Program-made: the position numbers and the translations under genes | Assembly: GCA_963665125.2 (NCBI GenBank) | Contig: CAXXUK010000001.1 | Coordinates: 992,001 to 1,056,000, forward strand | DNA length: 64,000 nt | Source of the DNA: an uncultured Desulfarculus sp. | GTDB taxonomy: Bacteria; Desulfobacterota; Desulfarculia; Desulfarculales; Desulfarculaceae | Reading direction: 5' to 3' | The notes under the pieces: model-generated | Told to the model about the DNA's origin: nothing | Seen by the model: only the letters and a program-made list of their open reading frames with translations | Database searches by the model: none | In this document: positions 1 through 9,577 of the stretch, one piece after another | Numbering within the stretch: position 1 is the first letter of the stretch | Layout of the letters: each line of letters starts with the position of its first letter

Positions 1-1
1 G

Positions 2-1141
2 CAGCGGGCCCAGCGCATAGAGTCGTTGGCAATTATGGCCGGCGGTATGGCCCATGACTTCAATAATGTCCTGATGGCCGTACTTGGTAACACCTCATTG
101 TTGATGTCCGAAGTCCAGGCGGACACCAACACTTATAAGCGCCTGGCCAATATAGAGCAACAGGCCTTGTCCGGATGCTCTGTGACCAAACAGCTGCTCA
201 ATATAGCCAGGACTAAAAGGCCAGATCACACCCAAGTGGACGTGGTGGCGATGCTCCAAGGGATAGTGGAGGTGGTTCGCCGCACCCACCGAGGATTGAC
301 CGTTGAGCTTAACACCGACAAACACCTTCCGGAGATCAAGGGAGACGAGGGGCAACTCCACCAGGCGTTCATGAATTTGCTGATCAACGCCGCCCAAGCC
401 ACAGAAGATGGAGGCTGGGTGCAAGTCAAAGCCGCTTCAACTTCCCTCAATACCGAAGATGCCCAGGCCCGGGACCTGGAGATGGGCGAGTTTTTTAGAA
501 TCGAGGTTCATGACAACGGCCATGGCATTGAAGAGGGTGACCTGAAACGCATTTTTGATCCGTTTTTTTCCACCAAAGACCGTAACCGCGGCACCGGGTT
601 GGGGCTTACCATGACCTACCGGACCATAAAACAACACAATGGTTTTATCGGCGTGGAGTCTCAAAAGGCCAAGGGAACGACATTTACCGTCTTGCTGCCG
701 GCCTGCGTGGCAGACAAAAAACGCAAGTTGAAGCCATGCAACCCCCTCCAGGAAAGTCCGGGCAACCTCGAGGGCAAAACCATAATGGTTGTCGATGATG
801 AGGTTGGTGTCCGTCAGACCATCGTGGACATGCTTCTACAGACGGGCGCGAAAGTTTTTGAGGCGGGCGACGGACTGCAGGCCCGGAAGCTGATGGAGGG
901 CGGCAACAACGATGTGGACCTGATCGTCCTCGACATGATCATGCCCGATATGGATGGGAACGAATTCTATCAATGGTTGAAAACCAGCAACCACGATCCA
1001 ATGGTCCTTTTTGCCACCGGCAACGGCCTACAGCCCGCCATTGAAAACAACCTATTGTCTAAGAGTTGCTTTTATATCGCCAAACCATTCCGCCTGGCCG
1101 ACTTCAACACAAAGCTCGCCGAGATTTTCATGGAGTCATAG
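2..1141 (+). CDS. Hybrid sensor histidine kinase/response regulator (HisKA-HATPase-REC), 5'-truncated by window edge
   Basis: Frame open from position 2 (QRAQRIESLAIMAGGMAHDFNN H-box); N-box NLLINAAQA, G1 DNGHG, F-box FDPFF, G2 GTGLGL; C-terminal REC (VVDDE, LDMIMP, KPF). Confidence 0.9.
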   Translation, partial: QRAQRIESLAIMAGGMAHDFNNVLMAVLGNTSLLMSEVQADTNTYKRLANIEQQALSGCSVTKQLLNIARTKRPDHTQVDVVAMLQGIVEVVRRTHRGLTVELNTDKHLPEIKGDEGQLHQAFMNLLINAAQATEDGGWVQVKAASTSLNTEDAQARDLEMGEFFRIEVHDNGHGIEEGDLKRIFDPFFSTKDRNRGTGLGLTMTYRTIKQHNGFIGVESQKAKGTTFTVLLPACVADKKRKLKPCNPLQESPGNLEGKTIMVVDDEVGVRQTIVDMLLQTGAKVFEAGDGLQARKLMEGGNNDVDLIVLDMIMPDMDGNEFYQWLKTSNHDPMVLFATGNGLQPAIENNLLSKSCFYIAKPFRLADFNTKLAEIFMES

Positions 1142-1151
1142 CTGGTTGGGG

Positions 1152-2348
1152 CTACGGCAATTTTGCCAACAGCATCTGTGCTTCCTTGAAACCTGGCCGA
1201 ATTTCCAAGGCCTTTTGCAGCAGCTTTTTTGATTCGGCGAATTGCTTTTGTTCGGCCAAAGCCAGGGCTACGTTATAGAGCAGGTTTTCATCGTCAGGCG
1301 CCACTTCCAAGGCTTGTCTGTATATTTCAATGGCCTTGTCAATGCGTTTTTGGCGGCGGTAGGCAATTCCCAACCGGTTGTAGATATGCACCTTTTGGGG
1401 ATCAATGGAAACGGCGTCGGAAAAGACTTGCGCGGCCTGCTCGTTTAAACCGGCATCCAATAAAGCATCACCAACTTCGGAGATCATATCCGAATCATTT
1501 GTCGCCGCCTTTTTTGCCCGGTTTAATGCTTCAAGGCCTTCTTCAATGTTTCCTTGTTGCAACAGGGCCTTGCCCAGGTTCAGCTGACGGCGGGCGTTGC
1601 GCGGGCTGATTCTGGCGGCAGCGCGCATCTGTTGGGTGGCTTCTTCGAGTTGGCCTCGTTTGGTGTAAAGATGGGCCAGTCGGTCCCGGGCTTTGACAAA
1701 GCGGTTCGCCATGTCGGCTGCCTCATGATACCTGCTAAGCGCGGCCTCTTCCTTTTCCAGTGCCTCCAGGGCCTCTCCCATGGCCAATAGCGTCCTGGGG
1801 CTTTTGGGGGCCAGGGTTATTGCTTCTTCAAACGATTTGAGTGCTTCTTCAAACTTGCCCTGGTGCATCAAGCCGGCACCTTTATCCAGTGCTTCATCCA
1901 CCGGATGGGGGTTGCGGCGTTTCTCCAAAATATGGTCGATTCTGTCCATAAGGGTTTGGGCTTGGAATGGTTTGACGATATAGCCGTCGACGCCTTCTTC
2001 AATCGCTTCAGCCACGATGTCTTCGACGACTTCAGCCGTGACCATGAGAAAAGGGGTGTTCCGCATGCCCTCGTCGCCCCTGACCTTTTTCAATAGATCC
2101 AGACCCGTCATGTTGGGCATGTTCCAGTCGCAGATTATGAAATCAACGTGGGTCTGCTCCAGCTTTTGCCAAGCATCAAGACCGTCGGAAGCATCCGTGA
2201 CTTTTGTGTAGCCAAAAGTGCGAAGAAAATTAAAGACCATTCTACGGACGTTGAACTGGTCGTCGACAACCAAAAAACGGGTATTCGGGTCCCTTGAAGG
2301 TTCCAAGGCTTTCCTCCATTTGAGGCCGGGCAGGTTGATTTTCCCCAA
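1152..2348 (-). CDS. CheY-like receiver domain fused to multiple TPR repeats
   Basis: VVDD, CDWNMP, VTAE, VKPF receiver motifs followed by TPR-type helices (e.g. HIYNRLGIAYRRQKRIDKAIEIYRQALEVAPDD); TTG start uncertain. Confidence 0.85.
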   Translation of the reverse strand: MGKINLPGLKWRKALEPSRDPNTRFLVVDDQFNVRRMVFNFLRTFGYTKVTDASDGLDAWQKLEQTHVDFIICDWNMPNMTGLDLLKKVRGDEGMRNTPFLMVTAEVVEDIVAEAIEEGVDGYIVKPFQAQTLMDRIDHILEKRRNPHPVDEALDKGAGLMHQGKFEEALKSFEEAITLAPKSPRTLLAMGEALEALEKEEAALSRYHEAADMANRFVKARDRLAHLYTKRGQLEEATQQMRAAARISPRNARRQLNLGKALLQQGNIEEGLEALNRAKKAATNDSDMISEVGDALLDAGLNEQAAQVFSDAVSIDPQKVHIYNRLGIAYRRQKRIDKAIEIYRQALEVAPDDENLLYNVALALAEQKQFAESKKLLQKALEIRPGFKEAQMLLAKLP

Positions 2349-2427
2349 ATAAGATCGGCTGCCTTTAGGGGGTGCTGGTGAAAACGCTCATCTGCTACTG
2401 GTATTATAAAGATTCATGTTGCAAAAA

Positions 2428-2808
2428 TCAGTTCAGAAGCTCATTTATGGCCCCAGCCAGGACTCCGGGTTGAACAGGTTTTATTAGATACTTGGTGGCC
2501 CCCATGTTCAGGGCCCGGTCGATGTCTGTTTGATGCCCCTCTGTTGAAAGCATTATGACCGGCAAAGCAGCGCTTTTTTTATTTTCCCTAATTTTTTTTA
2601 AAAGGGTAAGGCCGTCCATGCGGGGCATGTTGAGGTCGGTCAAAACCAAATCGACATGGTTGCAGGAGAGGACCTCCAGGCCTGCCACGCCATCGCTGGC
2701 TAACAGGACGTTGAATCCGTTTTGGCGCAGCATTGTGCCCAGTATGTTCTGAATAGTAGGTGAATCATCAACTACAAGAATGCTGGGTTTGTTCACGGCT
2801 ACAGTCAT
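2428..2808 (-). CDS. Single-domain CheY-like response regulator
   Basis: VVDDS, TDLNMPRMDG, LSTE, KPV; ATG at 2808 preferred to TTG at 2826. Confidence 0.85.
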   Translation of the reverse strand: MTVAVNKPSILVVDDSPTIQNILGTMLRQNGFNVLLASDGVAGLEVLSCNHVDLVLTDLNMPRMDGLTLLKKIRENKKSAALPVIMLSTEGHQTDIDRALNMGATKYLIKPVQPGVLAGAINELLN

Positions 2809-2915
2809 ACCAAGAGGAATCCTCAAGCGAAGTATATCGTCAAATTATCATGTTTCAGGTCATCGAACAACAATAGTCTGTCTGAAGTGAGGATGAAAAT
2901 TACCTTTTTCACAAT

Positions 2916-4814
2916 TTAGAGCCGTCCTTCGATGACTTGAATCGCGATATCCGCCGTTGACCGCACATCCGGACTTTCATCGGATAAAAGGCCCAAAAGG
3001 GACGGTATGGCCCGTTGGTCCTTGATGCGTCCGAGGGCCTTTGCCGCCGCCGATTTTGTGGCGATGTCTTTGGAACCAAGCATTTCCATAAGCGGAATGA
3101 CCGCATCCTCGGCTTCCGTCAATCCCAGTGACCTTACCGCATGCAGACGAAGTTCCTGGTCGTCATCACCCAAAAACTTGATGAGGATTTTATGCGCATT
3201 CGGGTTGGCCGTTTCAGCCAGTGCCGTAATCAATGCGCGTCTGACGGAAGTCGAGGGATCATTTACCAGCGGTATCATCTGCTCAAGGGCATTGGCTCCG
3301 TCGGATTGCAAAAGGGCCCAGACCGTAACCCGCCGAACACTCGGGTCTTCATCAAAGAGAAGACCCCGCAGTAGGTTGCCGGCATCGGGCAAAGCAAGAG
3401 TGCCTATGCCTCGGGCCGCCATGCGCCGGTGATTACTGTTGGAGGCTTCCAGTCCTTTGGTGAGGATGTCCACAAGATCATTGCCACCTATTTGGAGCAT
3501 TGATCTCATGGCCTGGCGTCTGAGGTCCTTGTGATCGTTTCCCAGAAGCCTGGCCAAAACCGGAACAGCCGGTTCAAATTGCAACTTGCCCAAGGCCCTG
3601 GCTGATTCGAAAACCACATTTATGTCATCATCGGCAAGCAGACCGAGGAGAATTTCACCCGCCTGAGTGTCTTGTCTGCTTCCCAAACCAGCGGCAGCCT
3701 GGGCCCTGACTTGGGCGGAAGGATGCCCCAGGGCTTTGATCAGGGCGGCATTTGGTTCCGGGCCAGGCATACGGCTCAGGGCGGTTACTGCAACCAGGGC
3801 CAATTTGGGGTCTGCCGAAGTGGAGGCTCCCACCAAGGGGGCTTCGGAGCCAATGGCCTGAAGAGTATCGTAAATCAATTCAATCAGGTTGTTGGATTCC
3901 GTGTTGCGGGCAAGCTCCATGATATTGTAAACACTTGATGTATCGGCAAGCATGGCCAGGCCTTTGAGGGCAAGGGCCTGAACGTTTTCGTTCATGTCGT
4001 TCAAGGCGTCCCATAAGCCGGTATCAAGCTTTTCCTTTAAGTCCGGATCCAACGCGGACAGTATCTCGGATGAGGAGGACTTTACCAGTGCGCCGCATAT
4101 GGCCGTCAGCAGCAGGCCCTGGGCATCGCTTATCTTTGCCAATAACGGTTCGACAATAAGCGGATCTTCCAGGTCCCCAAGGGCCTCCACTATGCTGATC
4201 TGTACAAATTCGGAAGCCTTGTCCATATGTTCCAGAAGGGGGCGCACGACGGACGTATCTCCGATGTGGGAAAGGGCCTGCACCACCGAGTATTGGACCC
4301 ATTCATCATCATGAAGCTGGCCTAGAAGGGGGGCCACTGCGGCCGAGGAACCGATTTTGCCCAAACTGTCGGCCGCCATGGCCCGCACATTGGCATCACT
4401 GTCTTTTAGGGCCTCGGTCAAGGCCTTTATCGCACCAGCGATTTTAATGGAGCCGAGAATGTCGGCGCAAAAAATGCGTTGGTCCCTGTCGCCGTCGGAT
4501 AAAAGTCTTATGAGCATTTCCGGGGCGTCTTCGCCGACGATCCTGAGCAGTTGAATTGCCCGGTTACGCATGACCACGTGTTCTATCGCCAGCATTGGAA
4601 TCAGCCGCACGGCGACTTCGCGGCCGCGCAGTTTCGCCAGGGATTCAACGGCGGCTTCCTCCACATCCGGGTCGCCGTCAGCCAGATGGTCAATCAGGGC
4701 GGGGATGGCCGAACGTTCGGCAATGTTGCCTAATGTTTTTGCGGCTTCTCTGCGCACCGCCGGCGAGGGGCTGTTGAGTTCTTCTAGTAAGCGTGATGCC
4801 AGTTGTGAGGACAT
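2916..4814 (-). CDS. HEAT/PBS-lyase-like repeat protein
   Basis: Many repeats of the type L.D.D..VR..AA.ALG over about 630 aa; ATG at 4814 avoids overlap with the upstream kinase. Confidence 0.85.
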   Translation of the reverse strand: MSSQLASRLLEELNSPSPAVRREAAKTLGNIAERSAIPALIDHLADGDPDVEEAAVESLAKLRGREVAVRLIPMLAIEHVVMRNRAIQLLRIVGEDAPEMLIRLLSDGDRDQRIFCADILGSIKIAGAIKALTEALKDSDANVRAMAADSLGKIGSSAAVAPLLGQLHDDEWVQYSVVQALSHIGDTSVVRPLLEHMDKASEFVQISIVEALGDLEDPLIVEPLLAKISDAQGLLLTAICGALVKSSSSEILSALDPDLKEKLDTGLWDALNDMNENVQALALKGLAMLADTSSVYNIMELARNTESNNLIELIYDTLQAIGSEAPLVGASTSADPKLALVAVTALSRMPGPEPNAALIKALGHPSAQVRAQAAAGLGSRQDTQAGEILLGLLADDDINVVFESARALGKLQFEPAVPVLARLLGNDHKDLRRQAMRSMLQIGGNDLVDILTKGLEASNSNHRRMAARGIGTLALPDAGNLLRGLLFDEDPSVRRVTVWALLQSDGANALEQMIPLVNDPSTSVRRALITALAETANPNAHKILIKFLGDDDQELRLHAVRSLGLTEAEDAVIPLMEMLGSKDIATKSAAAKALGRIKDQRAIPSLLGLLSDESPDVRSTADIAIQVIEGRL

Positions 4815-4819
4815 GTGGT

Positions 4820-5545
4820 TCAATTCATTGGTATGCGCACGCTGAAGGTCGTAGGCCTTGACGGCTGCCAGGCAACGTGACCGTTCCATTTGGACAAGAC
4901 GGTGTTGGCCAGGAAAAGACCAAGCCCGTCATGGTCGCCGCCTTTGTCGCTGGTGAACGGTTCAAACATCGATTCGGCTATTTCGGCGTCCGGACCGGGA
5001 CCGGAGTCCGTGACTTCCAGTACGGCGTTTTCAGAGTCCCGCAAGACTCGAACGCTCATTTCCACTGTTTTAGTGTTGGTCAACGATTCCACGGCATTGG
5101 CTATGACCTCGTTGAAGGCCAGGGATACGTCGATGTAGCTGATTTTCAACAGCGGCAGGTTGTCATCGGTTTGCAGGTCCAATTTGATCTGATGTTTGAA
5201 ATATGGGTTGGCACTCCAAAAAGGAAGTTGTTCCCTGACCAATTGGTTGAGATCGGTTGGGTCCGGTGAAGTGCGCTGCCCCTGGCTGCTATGGGATGCC
5301 AGCATGCCAATTTCATCGGTTAGCTTGACCAGACCCTGTTGGGAAGAGTCGATTTTCTGCCTGATTTGATCCAGGTCCATTGCCTCGAGGCGAAGCTCCA
5401 TCAGGTCCAGAGGCAGGCGCACCATCTGCACGGCCCCGGAAATATTGTGGACAACCCCTTTGAGCAGCCGTCCGACAAAGGCCAATTTTTCCCTTGCGAC
5501 CAGGGCGTTGATCACTTTTTCCGATAGAAGCTCGCTGCCGCTCAA
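4820..5545 (-). CDS. Sensor-less histidine kinase (HisKA-HATPase only)
   Basis: H-box GVVHNISG, N-box VIANAVES, G1 DSGPG, F-box FEPF, G2 GLGL; no N-terminal input domain. Confidence 0.75.
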   Translation of the reverse strand: MSGSELLSEKVINALVAREKLAFVGRLLKGVVHNISGAVQMVRLPLDLMELRLEAMDLDQIRQKIDSSQQGLVKLTDEIGMLASHSSQGQRTSPDPTDLNQLVREQLPFWSANPYFKHQIKLDLQTDDNLPLLKISYIDVSLAFNEVIANAVESLTNTKTVEMSVRVLRDSENAVLEVTDSGPGPDAEIAESMFEPFTSDKGGDHDGLGLFLANTVLSKWNGHVAWQPSRPTTFSVRIPMN

Positions 5546-6123
5546 GACTCCATCTCCTGGTTTCGGCGGGCCAATTGGCGTCGCTGTTGCTCAAAGGTGA
5601 AGCGGATGATTCGTTCCCTGTCAGAATCGGCTATTTCCACAAAATTGATGCCGATATGGTTGTCGTCACAATCATCTGGTTGATCGGCCCTGACCACTTC
5701 CCCAATCGCGTATACCGGACGCCAGGGGCTGTTGGGCAGGTTGATGGCCAAGATGATCCTTTGGCCCAGGGTTAGATCGGATTCGCCGCAGACGCCCAAG
5801 CCCGACCCGGATATGTTGACTACATTCATTTTGCCTGGAAAATGCAGGTCATACTCCCGTGTCCGTAAATGGTACAAAATCATATCGATTTTGAAGTCCA
5901 TCCAGCGGATTACATCCAGTAGGGGCATCACTGATTCGGATAGACTCTGCTTTTCCCATACAGCCCCGGCGGCTTCCTCCAATTTGCTTTGCATGGCCCA
6001 CATTTCCTGGTCCATGGCCATGGCCTGCCGGGAGCTTTCGTTTTCCGTTCCATAGCGCACCAGTAAGCGCACGCTGGTACGGTAAAATTGTCGTTCTGAA
6101 CTGTTGTTTTCGTTCATGTTCAT
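5542..6123 (-). CDS. PilZ-domain protein (c-di-GMP receptor)
   Basis: RxxxR (RQFYR) and NxSxxG (NISGSG) motifs; C-terminal GEVVR...IGINF. Confidence 0.8.
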   Translation of the reverse strand: MNMNENNSSERQFYRTSVRLLVRYGTENESSRQAMAMDQEMWAMQSKLEEAAGAVWEKQSLSESVMPLLDVIRWMDFKIDMILYHLRTREYDLHFPGKMNVVNISGSGLGVCGESDLTLGQRIILAINLPNSPWRPVYAIGEVVRADQPDDCDDNHIGINFVEIADSDRERIIRFTFEQQRRQLARRNQEMES

Positions 6124-6171
6124 ACAATGAGTTTACACCGCAAAAGCTTCCCGTGGCGAATACAATGAATT

Positions 6172-7761
6172 CTATCGAGATATTTCCACAACAGTGTCGC
6201 CGGATTCCGAGGGTGCATACCGTTCGAGCATGTCCACAAAAGCAATTACAACCTGGGGGTCGAATTGGCCTCCAGAGCAGCGATTTATCTCATTGACGGC
6301 TTCCTGCCTGGTTTTTGCCTGCCTGTAAGGGCGGTCGCTGGTCATGGCGTCATAGGCGTCGGCCACGGCGACAATGCGGGCCAATAGCGGAATGGCCTCG
6401 CCCGTTAGGCCGTCGGGGTAGCCTTTGCCGTCCCAACGCTCATGGTGGTGACGGATGATGGCCCTTTCGTTTTCACTGAGGTCCATTGAGCGGATAATTG
6501 TTTCGCCAACTACGGGATGTGTCTTAATTTGCTCATATTCTTCGTCGCTTAGGCATGTTTCTTTGAGTAAGATATTATCTTTTATGCCTATCTTGCCGAT
6601 ATCATGCAGGTATGCCGCAAATCTGATTGACTCTACAAGGTCAAGATCCAAGCTCATGGCCTGGGCGGTGAGAACGCTGAAGTTGGTCACCCGGCGGCTG
6701 TGTTGCCTGGTGTAGGGATCCTTGGCCTCCATCGCCCCGACCAGCGCCCCCAACGTGGAGTGCATGTTGGCGACCATGGATTCATACAGGGCGATGTTTT
6801 CAATGGACAGTACGGCCTTTTGGCAAAGGAAACGGCTGATAAAGATGTCCTCGCCGCCAAAGGGAAGGCCTCCCGATTTGTCGCCCACCACCAGCACGCC
6901 GAAAATTTCTTCTCTGATTTGGATGGGCATGACCAAATAGGCGTCTTGCATGGGCAAGCTGTCGTCCAGTTGTTGGTCGCCGTTGGCCCTGCCTATCATG
7001 GGCTGGCCCTCGGCTGCCACCTTTCCAATGGGGCCTTGTCCGAATGCGGCGGCGGGATAGCCCAGCTTGGCGTTTTCAAATCCATGCGCCGCAATGGTCA
7101 GCAATTGGCCGGAGGATCTGTCCAACAATAAAACAGCGGCTTTTTCCGCTTCCAAAAAACGAGCGGCCAGAGACGCCATGCCTTGGTAAATCTCTTCGGA
7201 GGTGTGCAGCCTGTCGATGGATTCGGATATTTTATGGATTACGTGTTGCTCTTTGATCCGCCTTTGCAATTCATGATTGAGCTTTTCAATCCGTTTTTGG
7301 TGCCGCAGGCTGTCTGCCAGGCGCAGGTTTTCCTTTAGGAGCCTCTGTTCGCGGACAACGCGTTCCACGGTGACCTTGATCTCGCTGAGATTGAACGGTT
7401 TGATCAAAAAGTCGCTGGCGCCCTGACGCATGGTGTCAATGGCGGCATCCAGGGAGGGAAAGCCGGTCATGATTACGACCGGCAAGGTCGTGTCTTGCTC
7501 TTTCAGCCTGCTCAGTAGCTCAACGCCGGTCATTTCGGGCATTTTAAGGTCTAGGAAGGCGCAATCAAAGTCGCCGGGCTTGAATAGGGTGAGAGCCTCC
7601 GGTCCGCTGGAAGCGCAGACAACATGGTGGTTGTTTATGGATGAGAGGTATTCGCGCAACGCCTCACGGATGTTGGGTTCATCATCGACCAGCAGAATCC
7701 TCAGACGTTCAGGTTCGTTAATGGTGTCTGTTGCCTGGGAGGTTCTTCCTTCTATCGACAA
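6172..7761 (-). CDS. REC-GAF-HD-GYP c-di-GMP phosphodiesterase
   Basis: REC (VDDE, LDLKMP, KPF), GAF-like middle region, KDPYTRQHS, HDIGKIG, HHERWDGKGYP, AVADAYDAMT. Confidence 0.9.
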   Translation of the reverse strand: MSIEGRTSQATDTINEPERLRILLVDDEPNIREALREYLSSINNHHVVCASSGPEALTLFKPGDFDCAFLDLKMPEMTGVELLSRLKEQDTTLPVVIMTGFPSLDAAIDTMRQGASDFLIKPFNLSEIKVTVERVVREQRLLKENLRLADSLRHQKRIEKLNHELQRRIKEQHVIHKISESIDRLHTSEEIYQGMASLAARFLEAEKAAVLLLDRSSGQLLTIAAHGFENAKLGYPAAAFGQGPIGKVAAEGQPMIGRANGDQQLDDSLPMQDAYLVMPIQIREEIFGVLVVGDKSGGLPFGGEDIFISRFLCQKAVLSIENIALYESMVANMHSTLGALVGAMEAKDPYTRQHSRRVTNFSVLTAQAMSLDLDLVESIRFAAYLHDIGKIGIKDNILLKETCLSDEEYEQIKTHPVVGETIIRSMDLSENERAIIRHHHERWDGKGYPDGLTGEAIPLLARIVAVADAYDAMTSDRPYRQAKTRQEAVNEINRCSGGQFDPQVVIAFVDMLERYAPSESGDTVVEISR

Positions 7762-7960
7762 CCCTGCGTCTCCGGTGGTATTGATGATTGGCAGCCTAGC
7801 GATATATGGCAGGCTGTTTATCTAGTCCCTATCTATCTTACCTATTTGAACTAACGGATTGTAGCATAATGCGATAGACAGCACTAGGCAGGGCTAATTA
7901 AAAGAAAACAAGATATGTCTGTTTGGTGTGCCGCTTAAGATGGCACGAAGTGGGGGCCGC

Positions 7961-7994
7961 CTATCGGACCCGGCCGGGGAGCCGGGTCCGATAG
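7961..7994. terminator. Perfect 14-bp stem hairpin directly after the flaG stop
   Basis: CTATCGGACCCGGC-cgggga-GCCGGGTCCGATAG; no clear U-tract. Confidence 0.5.
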
Positions 7995-7995
7995 A

Positions 7996-8355
7996 CTAGA
8001 CTAGGGAGTCCAGCAGTCCATCCAGTTGGCCCGACTTGGCTCGATGGGCCATCTTTAGGGCTGCCTCAGCTGGTATTTGCCTGATTAGCCTCTTTCCGTC
8101 CGAGGAAAGCACCTTCACTATGTCGCGGCCTGTTTCCTGGTCAACCGCAACCTGGATGTTTACGTCAAACGTACGCTCCAGGTTTTCGGCAAACTGTTCG
8201 AGTTCCTTGCGCGATACCGTTTCCTCTGCTTGTTGATCGCTCTGAGCCGCAACTGTTTCTTCCTGCCCTGAATTGGCGGGTCTGTCGATGGTCTGTTGCG
8301 TTCGCTTGGCAACGGCATTTGGCGCGACATTGATTCTTGTCGTCGTTATTTCCAT
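7996..8355 (-). CDS. flaG: FlaG-family flagellar protein
   Basis: C-terminal VDQETGRDIVKVLSSDGKRLIRQIPAEAALKMA resembles the FlaG signature. Confidence 0.75.
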   Translation of the reverse strand: MEITTTRINVAPNAVAKRTQQTIDRPANSGQEETVAAQSDQQAEETVSRKELEQFAENLERTFDVNIQVAVDQETGRDIVKVLSSDGKRLIRQIPAEAALKMAHRAKSGQLDGLLDSLV

Positions 8356-8415
8356 GGCCTTGCCCTCCGTGGCACCCGGCGTTAATCTGTTTTGCCAAAA
8401 TCTTCCTTATTCTTC

Positions 8416-8443
8416 TTTTCGGCTGTTTGGCTGAAAAACTTTA
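8416..8443 (-). promoter_or_regulatory. Putative sigma28 (FliA) promoter for flaG
   Basis: Minus strand TAAAGTTT...GCCGAAAA; TAAA-N16-GCCGAAAA versus consensus TAAA-N15-GCCGATAA. Confidence 0.55.
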
Positions 8444-8542
8444 ATAAAAAAAGAAAAAAGCCCGAATTCCCCGAACTGGAGCCATTTGTGACCCTGGGGT
8501 AGAATAACCCTGCTCTTCGATAACCCAACCGTGGATTAATAA

Positions 8543-9544
8543 ATGAATTTGACTCCCAGTGATTCGGAAAAAGCGGTTCTGGCCAGCATCTGGCATGAAC
8601 AGGAAAAAGTGGGTGGTCCGGTCGTGGACCTCACCTCCAAGATGGTGATCGCTCCTGACAAAGCAGAGGGCGCATCCGTGCAATCGGTGGAGCGGGCGGT
8701 GGTGGATAGATTGGGGTGGCCTCAATGGGCACGGTTATACGCCAAACCGCCCCAGGCCATTATCTCCGCCGGAAAGTGGGCCCGGAACCAAGGTCTTCCC
8801 AGCGGTGTCTGCTGGATGGCCCCCGGCGCCGGAGCTCCGTTCGACCCGCCCTCCGGCGAACCGGGGGTGTTCGTCCTGCGGGCTGACTGGACTGAATCCA
8901 CCGAAAAGCTGCAACAGGCCGCCGCCCAGGCCAAACAAAAGGGCGGATTGCTGATCGTGGACGAATCTTCAACCGGTTTTCGGTTGGCTGCCGGTGGCGC
9001 GGTTGAGGCCCACGGTTTGGAGCCGGACGCGGTTTTATACGTGTTTACCTTGCCCGGCGGCAGAAAGGCTGCCGTGCTGGCCGGCAAGGGCGAGGCGGCG
9101 CCCGAAGCTAAAAAACCGCCCCAGGACGACGTGTTGAACCTGGTTGCCGGTATGCTCCAAGGCATTGGCCGGATGGACACTGCTGCAAGAATCGCCGAAC
9201 TGGGGCGTCTATTTTGTACGGGCCTGGAATACTATTGCCAGCAGAACGGTCTGACCGACGAGGTTACCATTGAAGGGCCCGTACAAATGCCGAGGCTTTC
9301 CGGACGCAGGGTGTGGGCCTTTTTCCAATTGGCCAGGGAGGAAGGTATTTTTCTTGAACCCCTGGTTCTGTTTGGGGCAGACATGGAGCCCGGCGATATG
9401 CCAAACTTGGTGTGGCGTCGTCTGGCCAGGGCCATAGCCAGGCTGCGGGTGCTTCCCGAAGGGGCCATGGCGCCGAAAGGATGGAAAGAAGCCGCGCCGA
9501 GCAAGTGCTTGCGCGTGGACGAAATCTTGCGCAGCCTGGATTAG
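8543..9544 (+). CDS. Degenerate class-III aminotransferase (HemL-like) fold protein lacking the PLP lysine
   Basis: LLIVDESSTGFRLAAGGAVEAHGLEPD matches LIFDEVxTGFR...G..PD, but the GK position reads VF. Confidence 0.6.
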   Translation: MNLTPSDSEKAVLASIWHEQEKVGGPVVDLTSKMVIAPDKAEGASVQSVERAVVDRLGWPQWARLYAKPPQAIISAGKWARNQGLPSGVCWMAPGAGAPFDPPSGEPGVFVLRADWTESTEKLQQAAAQAKQKGGLLIVDESSTGFRLAAGGAVEAHGLEPDAVLYVFTLPGGRKAAVLAGKGEAAPEAKKPPQDDVLNLVAGMLQGIGRMDTAARIAELGRLFCTGLEYYCQQNGLTDEVTIEGPVQMPRLSGRRVWAFFQLAREEGIFLEPLVLFGADMEPGDMPNLVWRRLARAIARLRVLPEGAMAPKGWKEAAPSKCLRVDEILRSLD

Positions 9545-9577
9545 CCGGGCAACTTATTGCCGACGGGAGAGCACCGT

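Noticed and set aside
4815..4889. ORF-track start of the HEAT protein at 4889
   Set aside because: Overlaps the kinase by 70 bp; ATG at 4814 just after the kinase stop is more plausible
7762..7960. c-di-GMP riboswitch or sigma54 promoter upstream of the HD-GYP gene
   Set aside because: No GEMM consensus recognised; TGGCAC at 7941 is on the wrong strand and lacks the -12 TTGC
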